A DNA stretch of 64,000 bases from an uncultured Candidatus Sumerlaeota bacterium (lineage in GTDB: Bacteria > Sumerlaeota > Sumerlaeia > MWCT01 > JAUWMI01), in NCBI GenBank assembly GCA_964454265.1, contig CAYVXD010000001.1, forward strand, positions 13,136-77,135, written 5' to 3'. Position numbers and translations under genes: made by a program. Below are positions 52,745 to 61,637 of this stretch, in pieces. The notes beneath the pieces are model-generated. The model ran no database searches. It was not told the origin of the DNA and worked only from the letters and a program-made list of their open reading frames with translations. Every line of letters begins with the position of its first letter. Within the stretch, counting starts at the first letter, position 1.

Positions 52745-53641
52745 ATGGATGAAACCTTTAAATCCGGTTATATATCACTTATTGGTAAGCCGAACGTTGG
52801 CAAGTCAACGCTACTCAATCGCCTGGTCGGCGAGAAAATGGCGATTGTGTCGGAAAAGCCGCAAACCACGCGCGACAAAATTCTCGGAATTCTTACCACA
52901 AACCACTACCAGTTGATCTTTGTGGATACGCCAGGGGTCATTGTTCCTCGTGATACGTTTAATCAGTGCCTCGTGAATCGGGCGCTGAGCGCGCTGGAGG
53001 AAGTGGATCTGGTCTATTTCCTCATCGAAGCGAACGATCCAACCCCGGCACCTGAAGGGCTTGAGGCGGCCTTTGAGAAGATTTCCTGCCCGAAGTTTCT
53101 CGTGCTCAATAAAGTGGATCGCATTGCAATCCCGTTTGACGTCGCGGACTACCAATTCCCCATTGACTGTCGTCTCTATGCGGAGATTATTCCAATTTCT
53201 GCCTTGGAGAATTATAACATTGACCTTTTGATAAACAAGACGCTTGAGTACATACCGGTTGGGCCGCTTTACTACGATGCCGACCAGCTCTGTGACCGCG
53301 ATCAGCGGTTCCTGGTTGCTGAAATTGTGCGCGAAAAGGTCTTTAATCTCACCGGTCAAGAGATTCCTTACGCAGTGGCCACAGAGGTTGACGAGTTTAA
53401 AGAGCGAGAAGCCGAGAAATATTTTATTCGCATTATGATTTATGTTGAACACGACTCGCAGAAAGGAATAATTATCGGAAAAGGCGGACGGCTCATCAAG
53501 CGGATCGGCCAGCTGGCTCGTGAAGAGATTGAACAGTTACTTGGCGTACCCGTGTACCTCGAGCTTCGTGTGAAACTGCGCAAGAACTGGCGAAAGAACG
53601 AGCATGAGCTGCGCCGTCTTGGGTATCTGACCAGGAAGTAA
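52745..53641 (+). CDS. era: GTPase Era
   Basis: GKPNVGKSTLLN (G1), DTPG (G3) and NKVD (G4) motifs plus a C-terminal KH domain. Confidence 0.9.
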   Translation: MDETFKSGYISLIGKPNVGKSTLLNRLVGEKMAIVSEKPQTTRDKILGILTTNHYQLIFVDTPGVIVPRDTFNQCLVNRALSALEEVDLVYFLIEANDPTPAPEGLEAAFEKISCPKFLVLNKVDRIAIPFDVADYQFPIDCRLYAEIIPISALENYNIDLLINKTLEYIPVGPLYYDADQLCDRDQRFLVAEIVREKVFNLTGQEIPYAVATEVDEFKEREAEKYFIRIMIYVEHDSQKGIIIGKGGRLIKRIGQLAREEIEQLLGVPVYLELRVKLRKNWRKNEHELRRLGYLTRK

Positions 53642-53748
53642 AAGAAATTGATCTTGATTGGACGCGTTCAGGGATCAAAGGCAACATAATCATATCAGGA
53701 GCGCTACCCTTTAAGATAAAGGATAAAGGATGAAGGAGTAACTTTACG

Positions 53749-55281
53749 ATGAAGATTGTGACTGCAGATGAAATGCGAAACATTGATCGCATAACCATCG
53801 AGAAACGCGGCATTCCTGGTTTGACACTCATGGAACGAGCAGGAGCTGCAGTTGCTGAGGTAGTACAGGACTATTTCGAGCCGACGCGCGTGGCCGTGGT
53901 GACAGGAAAAGGCAATAACGCCGGCGATGGCTTTGTGGTGGCCCGGCTTCTTCATGAAAAAGGCATTCCCGTTAAGGTAGTTTTGCTCGGCGATCCCGAC
54001 GAGCTCACAGGGGATGCACGCGAGACGTATCAGTTACTTCCCGACAGTGTCTCTCGCCAGCGCGTTCAGGACATTCAGACGCTCAAAGAGCAGATTCAAG
54101 ATACCGACTGCCTGGTGGATGCAATTCTGGGCACCGGCGTCAAGGGGCTAGTAACGGGTTTCCTGGCTGAGGCTATTACGGCGATAAACGAGGCGGGCAA
54201 GCGCGTCGTTTCCGTGGATATTCCCTCGGGCATGCAGGCAGATGAAACGTGGAGTGGAGGGGTCTGTATCAAAGCGGATCATACTGTGACAATGGGTCTC
54301 CCGAAGATTAGTATGGTTATCCACCCCGGGGTCGAATACGCAGGGAGAGTAACGGTTGCCTCGCTCGGTTTTCCGTCCGACCTGCTTCATGCCAAAGAGA
54401 TTCATAATAACCTGGTGACTGCTGATTTTGTAAAACGTTGCCTTCCGCCACGGCCTGCCAATAGCAATAAGAAAATCTTTGGCTATCTCCTGATCGTGGC
54501 AGGATCTGTAGGTATGACCGGGGCGGCGGTGCTGGCCGCCCGGGCGGCCGCACGCTCTGGCGCTGGCCTGATCTATGTTGCTATCCCCGAGAAGCTGAAC
54601 GCCATTCTTGAAAGTCACCTAATAGACGAGATTACCGTTCCGCTTCCGTCCAGCACCGGCTTGTTTCTGGACGCTAAGTCCCTTGACCGCATTCTGGAAT
54701 TTCAGGAGCGCGTTGACGCCATTGCACTTGGGCCAGGGGTAGGACAAGAGCCTGGGACTCAGAATCTCGTTCGCGAGCTGGTGACTCGCCTGGAAAAACC
54801 CCTGGTGATTGACGCTGATGGCTTGAATGCTCTGGCAGGACACCTGGATTTGCTCAACAAGCGCAAGCATCCCACGATTCTGACACCACATCCAGGTGAG
54901 ATGGCACGATTACAAAACACCACTGCCGCAGAGGTTCAGCGCCAGCGACTCCACACTGCCCGCTCCTTTGTCTCTCAGCGGAACGTCCACCTGATTCTCA
55001 AAGGCGCACGTAGCGTGATTGCTGATCCATCAGGTGAGCTCTACGTGAATCCTACGGGTAATTCAGGACTGGCCAAAGGCGGGAGTGGTGACGTGCTTAC
55101 TGGTCTGTTGGTCGGCTTCTTGGCTCAAGGACTCAACCCGCTTCAGTCTGCCATTTGTGCAACGTACATCCACGGATTTGCCGGCGATCTGGCTGCCAGG
55201 GCGATAGGGGAGAGGGCTATGATCCCGAGCGATATGATCAGCCACATTGCCTCAGCTTTCCGCGCCTTCCAGGGCTCGTAA
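53749..55281 (+). CDS. nnr: Bifunctional NAD(P)H-hydrate epimerase / ADP-dependent dehydratase
   Basis: YjeF-N domain (GKGNNAGDG) followed by a carbohydrate-kinase-like C-terminal domain (GPG...GSGDVLTG). Confidence 0.85.
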   Translation: MKIVTADEMRNIDRITIEKRGIPGLTLMERAGAAVAEVVQDYFEPTRVAVVTGKGNNAGDGFVVARLLHEKGIPVKVVLLGDPDELTGDARETYQLLPDSVSRQRVQDIQTLKEQIQDTDCLVDAILGTGVKGLVTGFLAEAITAINEAGKRVVSVDIPSGMQADETWSGGVCIKADHTVTMGLPKISMVIHPGVEYAGRVTVASLGFPSDLLHAKEIHNNLVTADFVKRCLPPRPANSNKKIFGYLLIVAGSVGMTGAAVLAARAAARSGAGLIYVAIPEKLNAILESHLIDEITVPLPSSTGLFLDAKSLDRILEFQERVDAIALGPGVGQEPGTQNLVRELVTRLEKPLVIDADGLNALAGHLDLLNKRKHPTILTPHPGEMARLQNTTAAEVQRQRLHTARSFVSQRNVHLILKGARSVIADPSGELYVNPTGNSGLAKGGSGDVLTGLLVGFLAQGLNPLQSAICATYIHGFAGDLAARAIGERAMIPSDMISHIASAFRAFQGS

Positions 55282-55305
55282 CCACGCTTTATAGAGAGGA
55301 TGCTT

Positions 55306-55333
55306 GTGGGGGCGGTTCGCGAACCGCCCCTAC
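55306..55333. repeat. REP-like palindrome, copy 4 (GTGGGGGCGGTTCGCGAACCGCCCCTAC)
   Basis: A 28-bp palindrome between convergent genes (nnr and the Cys-rich gene). Same arm family, different palindromic core. Confidence 0.75.
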
Positions 55334-55349
55334 TCAATGCATGACCCGT

Positions 55350-56699
55350 TTAATAATATTCCCAATCGAGGACGCCTGTTGGAGGGGCTACAAAGAATTC
55401 ATCCAAACGCTGAGTGAATTCCCCAGAGTCGCAGAAAATGTCAATTAGCTGCTCAACTGTTCTTTTTCCTGAATTTAGTTCCTCCTCCCAATAGGAGATC
55501 TCATCGGCATTTGGAAAGCGCCCTAGCAACCCGCGATACAGGCATATTACCTGATGCCTGTTCGTAGGGTTCTTGCTCGTGTACTCATCTGAACTAAACA
55601 ATATATTCGCCATGTCCTTAGCCCCTCCTCTCTTGTCGGAGGTTCCTTTGAACATGTCATCCCAGACTTCCAGTGCCCCGCCATCCACCAGTCTTTCCAA
55701 AATCCCCATATACATCGTGGCAATAAAATTGCGGGCTGGATCACCCTCGTGACCAGGGAAGAGGCCATTTATAAGATACATAAATTCATTTGAACTTATA
55801 AAAATAGAAATTGCCTCAGAGCGGCTCCACGACCCATTGAGCCAGGCGCTAACTTCCTCATCGCTCGCCTCGCGTCGCAAAAGCACACAATAGCAATCCC
55901 TGATAAATTCTTCCTCCTGACTTGGGTTCTGCTTTTCCGGGTTTAGACTATCATATTCCTCAGACGAGAAGAATTGCCAACCTATATCGCCAGCAATAAA
56001 ATGAACTCCTATGTCGAGATCGAGCGCATCGTTGAAATAGCTTTCCCAGACATTCACCTCGCCAGGTTCAGGGTCGCGGTTTAGCACCGCACTGCAGAAG
56101 TGGGTAATAAGGTCTCCCGCATCATCAATAATCACCTTGCACTTCCCATTGCAACAGCCAGCAGAGCCACATTCTCGAACTTTTTCTTCCTCTGTATAAG
56201 TATAGTGGAAGCAGTCACCCCCTGAACATCCTCTATCATGGCATACCCTTTTACGATATATCTCACCATCCTTACAGTAGTAGCTCCAGGGCTCGCAGTA
56301 ATCTGTCCCGCAATCTTGTATTACCCATAATGGCGCAGAATACAATAGACAATAACAAGGCCACCATGGCCACCAGCCGCATTGACATGTGTAAGTACAG
56401 CAAATTCCATATACCTTTCCCTCTTCGCAATAACGATGGCATTCGCTGAAACATTGTTCGCCGGAATTATAACAATTATAATATTCATATGGCGGATATT
56501 CACTACATCCAGATAGATTTGGGTAAAATTCATATGCACTATAATAGGATGCAGTTCCTTGCCATCCACTAAGATCTGAATCACACGATGAGCAAGGCAT
56601 GCTAGAACCGGAAATCTCCTGGGCAGCCCCACTCGAATAAAAAATCAGGGGAGAGAGCAAAGTAATTAAGGATATAAAAATAATCTTTTTGTTAAGCAT
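55350..56699 (-). CDS. Secreted protein with an extremely Cys/Tyr/Trp-rich N-terminal half and C-terminal DUF4214-like repeats
   Basis: Signal peptide. About 40 Cys in the first roughly 200 aa (CCTYTCQCGWWPWWPCYC...). Three repeats follow with the F..Y..LLgR..d..g...W pattern (for example QVICLYRGLLGRFPNADEISYWEEEL). Codon usage is A+T-richer than in neighbouring genes. Confidence 0.5.
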   Translation of the reverse strand: MLNKKIIFISLITLLSPLIFYSSGAAQEISGSSMPCSSCDSDLSGWQGTASYYSAYEFYPNLSGCSEYPPYEYYNCYNSGEQCFSECHRYCEEGKVYGICCTYTCQCGWWPWWPCYCLLYSAPLWVIQDCGTDYCEPWSYYCKDGEIYRKRVCHDRGCSGGDCFHYTYTEEEKVRECGSAGCCNGKCKVIIDDAGDLITHFCSAVLNRDPEPGEVNVWESYFNDALDLDIGVHFIAGDIGWQFFSSEEYDSLNPEKQNPSQEEEFIRDCYCVLLRREASDEEVSAWLNGSWSRSEAISIFISSNEFMYLINGLFPGHEGDPARNFIATMYMGILERLVDGGALEVWDDMFKGTSDKRGGAKDMANILFSSDEYTSKNPTNRHQVICLYRGLLGRFPNADEISYWEEELNSGKRTVEQLIDIFCDSGEFTQRLDEFFVAPPTGVLDWEYY

Positions 56700-57102
56700 T
56701 TTTCTTACCCCCTCAAACTAATAGTTCTGGATTCCACAATCCGAACACTATGCCTTATTATTTATCAAACGGCCGGTTTTTAATACTGTTAAAAATGTGA
56801 CACAATAAGGTAAGCGTCGTCAAGGATAAACGACAATGATATAAATAACCAAAGATTCGTCAGCCCGGAGTGAAGAGGCTGAAGCAGGATGGTGTGTGGG
56901 AGTTAGTTTTGGCTGAGACAGGTTTACAAGGCTTACTTATGCGGTAACTAAGCAGGCTCCGGTTCCTTATGACGGGTGTGTACGAGCGGGATTAGTCTGA
57001 GACCGCCTGGGGCGGACGAAGAATCTTGAATAAAAAAACTTTCGTCATCGTCTTCATAAGAATATGTACTCAGCGGAACACCGCACTATTGCTGCCGTAC
57101 CC

Positions 57103-58491
57103 CTACGGCAGGCGATTCTGCTCGATGCGTTCGTTGACGGTGAGAACTGTTTTGAGATCATCGAGCAGCACGAGAAAACTCTCCTCCGCACCAGCAACTG
57201 CATCTTTTTCGTATTGCCACTCGGTAGTGGCTTTGCCGATGAGCTGGTGGCACAGCGCCTCGAAGCCGATGGAATGACCGGCAACTAAAGGAGGCGTAAT
57301 AAAATGAATCTCAGCAAGCCGGTTCTCGGGTTTAACAGCAACAATGATGTTGAAAGTCATATTGCCTCGCCCCAACTCGTGCGCCACGTAGAATGCCCGC
57401 GCCATCTGGCGAGTACCCTTATACAGGTCGTAGAAATATACGTCCTTATTCTCACGGGCCAACGCAGGAATAGGATTTCTCCGCCGCACCAGCTCCGAAC
57501 GATCATGATCAACAGAAAGATCCCGTAGCATTTCCACACGCGGCAGGATTTTGCCGATCGTAGGTAAGGGGGGTAGGGGAGACTTTGCAGAAGGGGCGGT
57601 TTCCATCAAAAGCGGAAGGAGCTCTCGCTTCCTGGGCGGAGGTGAGAAAGGCACAATGGCGTGCGAGTATGTGCGAATCTGTAGCTGTGTCGGATCGAGC
57701 TCGACCGTCAGCACGCCTATGCCGTTGGCGTTTCCGCTTGGCGCGATGAGCGCTTTGTTAACCTGTCTGGCTGAGCCAGGCGAATTGCCGCCGCGCTCAA
57801 GAATGATGTCAACTTCTGGCACCTGCTGCGCAAGAGTATTATTCTCCTTGGCCGGCAGATCCGAGAGTACCAGGCACAGCTCAGGGAATTCCTTCGTCCA
57901 TGCAATGCCCGCCTTCACATGGTCAACCTCCGCGCTTGTGCTGTATTTCTTCAACAGATCGCGAAGCGCCCGGATATGTTGCATAGTAGTCACACCGAAA
58001 ATTCGGAGGCGAAGATTATCCAGCTGTGTGGTGGCGGACAGAAGCGTGAGACGAGCGGCTGTTTTGCGGTTTTGAATATTCGAGACAAAATAAGGTGACG
58101 ACTGCTCGCCCTGCCATTTCTGAATCTTGTGCTCGTCTACTATCAGCTCGGGCGACGCAACATTCACTGCGGTGTAACCAACTTCTCCAAAAAGGCGGAC
58201 AGGCCGCGGCACGTAGGTTGTTTCGGCAATGACGGATGGGCCAATGAAATTGCCAGTATCAATGAGCATGACCGGATATTTAGCGCTTCGCTTCTCCTTT
58301 TTAATCTGCTTCTCGATCTCTTGCACGGTCTTTGCATCACGTGCACCGAGCTGGGGATAGTAGATCTCGCTCAGATCACCTGTCGAAAGCAACGTAAACT
58401 TCCGCGTGGGACTCTCTGATTTACCCCATGCAAGGCTAAGCATTGCGATTCCCAGAAAAATGGCCCCTATGTAGATTACATTTTTTCGCAT
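57103..58491 (-). CDS. Secreted 5'-nucleotidase / calcineurin-like phosphoesterase-like protein with degenerate metal-binding motifs
   Basis: Signal peptide. MLIDTGNFIGPS resembles the GD motif region of UshA-like enzymes, with D replaced by N. IFGVTT resembles the IGIIGLTT motif. Confidence 0.3.
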   Translation of the reverse strand: MRKNVIYIGAIFLGIAMLSLAWGKSESPTRKFTLLSTGDLSEIYYPQLGARDAKTVQEIEKQIKKEKRSAKYPVMLIDTGNFIGPSVIAETTYVPRPVRLFGEVGYTAVNVASPELIVDEHKIQKWQGEQSSPYFVSNIQNRKTAARLTLLSATTQLDNLRLRIFGVTTMQHIRALRDLLKKYSTSAEVDHVKAGIAWTKEFPELCLVLSDLPAKENNTLAQQVPEVDIILERGGNSPGSARQVNKALIAPSGNANGIGVLTVELDPTQLQIRTYSHAIVPFSPPPRKRELLPLLMETAPSAKSPLPPLPTIGKILPRVEMLRDLSVDHDRSELVRRRNPIPALARENKDVYFYDLYKGTRQMARAFYVAHELGRGNMTFNIIVAVKPENRLAEIHFITPPLVAGHSIGFEALCHQLIGKATTEWQYEKDAVAGAEESFLVLLDDLKTVLTVNERIEQNRLP

Positions 58492-58554
58492 TTTATCTCA
58501 CTCCGTCTGCGGCCTGCAGAGGCGCAGGCATCTAGATTTCTATGGTGCTGACCT

Positions 58555-59496
58555 TCATTGACATCTTCCTTGTTGCTTCAGAAATGTTAGGCCTTGTTCT
58601 GGTGTGCGAAAATGCATGTCGAGCAGTTGTTTCGCTCGAGTATTGTCCAACGAGACGTCGCGTGGCCGGTAGGCGAGGACTGGCACCTCTGAGAGCGATA
58701 CGGCCTGAACTGCCTCGTGGGAGTACCCGAAAACCTGGGCATAGATCGTGCCAAATTCGTAGCGCGACAGCCGCTTGCCCCCGCTGAGGTGTAAGACCCC
58801 ACAGTAGTCAACTTCCCCAGACCCGCGGTCCTTTGACCCCAACAGCCTCCTCAATGCCTCGACAATATCATCTACCAGAATAGGCGTGCGATACTCATCC
58901 GTGAAAAGCCTGGGTTTGCCGCTTCGCAGACTTTCCTCAAGCCATCCCAGAAACGAATGATGTGCTGGCGAAGGATTGCCGTACATCAGAGCCGCGCGGG
59001 CGATCACCGCCCTGTCGCCCAGCGACTGAACAAGCTGTTCACCCTCCCATTTCGTTTGTGCGTAATAGTTTCGTGGATTCGCCGCATCATCTTCAGTATA
59101 CGATCCCTTTTCACCGTCAAATACCAGATCAGTGGAGATAAAGATAAAGCGCGTTCTGCTAAGTGGTTTGACTGCTTCGACCAGATTTTCCGTGCCTGTG
59201 ACGTTCGTCTGATAAGCGAGATCTTTTTCTTTCTCACAGAGGTCTGGGCTGCTTAGTGCTGCCGTATGGATGATGACGTCAGGGGAGAGGCTTTGACAGA
59301 GTCTTACCACTTCCTCCTTAGATTGAATGTCGCACGTGACCGTTCGGATGGGCGGCTGTCCATTCGCACAGTAAGTACGGGAGGCCACAGGAGACCGATA
59401 TAGCGTTACCACACATTCGTGCTCCTCCCGCAGGCCTATGGCAAGATTCCAGCCAAGCAGCCCTGCCCCACCAGTGATGAGAACCCGTTTGCCCAC
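58555..59496 (-). CDS. NAD(P)-dependent SDR of the dTDP-4-dehydrorhamnose reductase (RmlD)-like family
   Basis: ITGGAGLLG Rossmann motif and YAQTK (YxxxK). Length about 310 aa. Confidence 0.6.
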   Translation of the reverse strand: MGKRVLITGGAGLLGWNLAIGLREEHECVVTLYRSPVASRTYCANGQPPIRTVTCDIQSKEEVVRLCQSLSPDVIIHTAALSSPDLCEKEKDLAYQTNVTGTENLVEAVKPLSRTRFIFISTDLVFDGEKGSYTEDDAANPRNYYAQTKWEGEQLVQSLGDRAVIARAALMYGNPSPAHHSFLGWLEESLRSGKPRLFTDEYRTPILVDDIVEALRRLLGSKDRGSGEVDYCGVLHLSGGKRLSRYEFGTIYAQVFGYSHEAVQAVSLSEVPVLAYRPRDVSLDNTRAKQLLDMHFRTPEQGLTFLKQQGRCQ

Positions 59497-59537
59497 CCTG
59501 AATGCCTATGATGCCCCTCTTTTTCGCGGTTGCCCTC

Positions 59538-60455
59538 TCACAGCTTATCGAGTTTATCAACCGCTGTTTTTAGCCGTTTGATATTGGTGTGAATGTAAAT
59601 GGCTGTACTGGTAATGTTCGAATGCCCCAGCAGGCGCTGAATTTCCAGGATGTCTACATCATCTGAGTGCAGCAGAGTTGCAAAAGTGTGGCGCAGCTTA
59701 TGGGGACTGATCCTTGCCCGCTTAATACCGGCCTTCAGCGCATATTTCTTAAGCTTCTTATCTATAGTTCTGGGAAAGAGCCGCTTCTTGAACCTGTTAA
59801 GAAAAAGCGCAGGGTTCTCGGTATACGGACGCATTTCGAGATACGCCTGCAGTGCCTGCACGGCAGTTGCATTCAACGGCATCACGCGCTCCTTCGCCCC
59901 CTTGCCAAGCACGCGCATGGTTCCGCCAAGTGCGGCGGGTGTGGATCCAGCCTGTAAATTTACGTCATCCACATCTAACGAGGCAAGTTCTTGCAACCGG
60001 ATGCCTGTCATAGCCAGCAAAACAAGGATGGCTTGGTCGCGCTTGTCTCTCCAGGTTTTGTTTTCCGGAGCCATGAGTAGACGCTTGAGCTCTTCTGCCG
60101 TTAGATAGATTGGCAGCTTCTTAGCCAACCTTGGGGTTCGAATAATAAGCATCGGATTTGTTTTAAGATATTCCTGTTCGGTAAGAAATCTAAAGAATGA
60201 ACGCAAGGAGGCAATTCGTCTCGCCAGGCTGGTGCTCCGATAGTTTCTCTCGGTCTGAAGCTTCGACAGGTACTCCCGGATGTCTTCAGTAAAGATACGG
60301 GGGAGAGTTGGCAACATGCGGAAATGCTGTTCCAGGAAGATGCGGAACTTGTCGAGATCATACTGGTAGGCGCGGATAGTACGCGGCGATAGGTTTCGTT
60401 CGACCCGCAAGTACCTGAGGTATTCATCCACGGCTTCTGGTAAGGAGCGCGTCAT
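59538..60455 (-). CDS. Tyrosine site-specific recombinase, XerC/XerD-type
   Basis: N-terminal core-binding domain (YLRYLRVERNLSPRTIRAYQYDL) and the catalytic R...HxxR...Y signature (HKLRHTFATLL ... GHSNITSTAIYIHT). Confidence 0.8.
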   Translation of the reverse strand: MTRSLPEAVDEYLRYLRVERNLSPRTIRAYQYDLDKFRIFLEQHFRMLPTLPRIFTEDIREYLSKLQTERNYRSTSLARRIASLRSFFRFLTEQEYLKTNPMLIIRTPRLAKKLPIYLTAEELKRLLMAPENKTWRDKRDQAILVLLAMTGIRLQELASLDVDDVNLQAGSTPAALGGTMRVLGKGAKERVMPLNATAVQALQAYLEMRPYTENPALFLNRFKKRLFPRTIDKKLKKYALKAGIKRARISPHKLRHTFATLLHSDDVDILEIQRLLGHSNITSTAIYIHTNIKRLKTAVDKLDKL

Positions 60456-60979
60456 TTCAAATCTGCCTTATGGGTCGGCTTCGAAAAATTAGCCTCACTT
60501 GTACATCTGCGGCGTATCGGTTCACTCTTTTAGTATTGTTAGCCTTGAGCTGTCAATCTTCAAAGTTAATCCGCCTCAGGCGGATAAATGCGCCTGTGGC
60601 TCATATAAAGGAATGGCAGCCAGGTATAATGGTTTGGTTAAGGGGCGTTGGAACCGTTTGGCCCTTTCGGGCATGGATGGGGGCCTGTGTGGCAACAGGC
60701 GGGTATGCAAGGGTGAAATGCCAGTCGGAAAAGTAGGGTTCTTGGAGCATGAAATGAGCGTTGGCAAGAATAAAGGCACAAAAGGCCGCAAAATACTGAT
60801 GTTTAAGGACTTATATAATTCCCCAGAAGGGCTTTAAAGATTTATTTAATGCCCTTCTGCATAATTCCTTTTTTCTGCAGGTCTTTTACTCTCGTTCTTA
60901 TAGACTTAGATAAAAAAACCAAATATAAATCTTTACGGCGAAAGTATAATTTAAGAACTTTAAATGCTTTCCGGTGATT

Positions 60980-60999
60980 AAAAAAATGGCCGCCGGCCA
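60980..60999 (-). terminator. Possible minus-strand intrinsic terminator (short GC hairpin TGGCCGCCGGCCA followed by 7 U) downstream of the 61105 gene
   Basis: On the minus strand the hairpin is followed by TTTTTTT. It is about 110 nt past the stop codon. Confidence 0.3.
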
Positions 61000-61104
61000 C
61001 TTTAAGTTTTTGCATCTAATGTTTTTTATATCAACGGTGTGCAATCAGGAATCGTAGAAAAAAACTCTCAGTTGCCTTTCGCAGATGTGTGGGGATCCAT
61101 CCCC

Positions 61105-61629
61105 CTAGGGTGAATTGGATAATTCCTCTTCCAGGTATGAATCAATTGCCTTCTTGGCCTCCGCAATTTCCTCATCCGTAATAGAGATTGGAGCAACAAA
61201 GACTTCTTCGCCTGTGCGTGTGTCTTCGAAAACCAGTGAATCCTCCCCTGTAGCGATCGGTCTTGTCTCCAGCCATTTGAAGACCTTATATTTCATAAGA
61301 AGGTGTGCGAGGAGGTAAAGTTGGGTAGCATTGGCGGGATTGTGCTGATTGTGAAGCGCCATGAAAAGGCGCAGGAGCATATCATTGCGCTCCCGGCGAT
61401 TGATTTTTTGATCCGCTGGCGGCGCGATGCGCTTCGTAAGCCAATATGAAAAGAACTGTTTATCCTGCAGCCGATTCCAGCACGTATGGCAGTAGTCCTT
61501 GCGAATAGGCTCGGGATAGACTTCTGTCAATACCGAGGGGTGATGTGCATCATCAGTAAGCGATGCGCCGCAAATCGTACACGTGTTTTCCGGCTTTCTT
61601 ATATCAAAATACGTATGCTTGTCACTCAT
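61105..61629 (-). CDS. Hypothetical protein with an N-terminal Cys4-type zinc ribbon
   Basis: CTIC...(about 25 aa)...CHTC arrangement, with an acidic C-terminus. Confidence 0.4.
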   Translation of the reverse strand: MSDKHTYFDIRKPENTCTICGASLTDDAHHPSVLTEVYPEPIRKDYCHTCWNRLQDKQFFSYWLTKRIAPPADQKINRRERNDMLLRLFMALHNQHNPANATQLYLLAHLLMKYKVFKWLETRPIATGEDSLVFEDTRTGEEVFVAPISITDEEIAEAKKAIDSYLEEELSNSP

Positions 61630-61637
61630 CAGGCCTC

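Noticed and set aside
57093-57112. Hairpin CTGCCGTA-cccc-TACGGCAG as a further REP-family member or terminator
   Set aside because: The arms differ from the GTAGGGGC family and no T-run follows on either strand. It may still stabilise the 3' end of the mRNA, but I cannot classify it.
57064-57288. Plus-strand 74-aa ORF overlapping the 3' end of the 57103..58491 gene
   Set aside because: It overlaps a longer, better-supported minus-strand CDS with a signal peptide and family-like motifs, and it has no start context.
60811-60848. Inverted repeat CAGAAGGGC-N18-GCCCTTCTG in the A+T-rich block as a terminator
   Set aside because: The loop is long and no gene end lies nearby on the appropriate strand. 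I keep it only as part of the A+T-rich region description.
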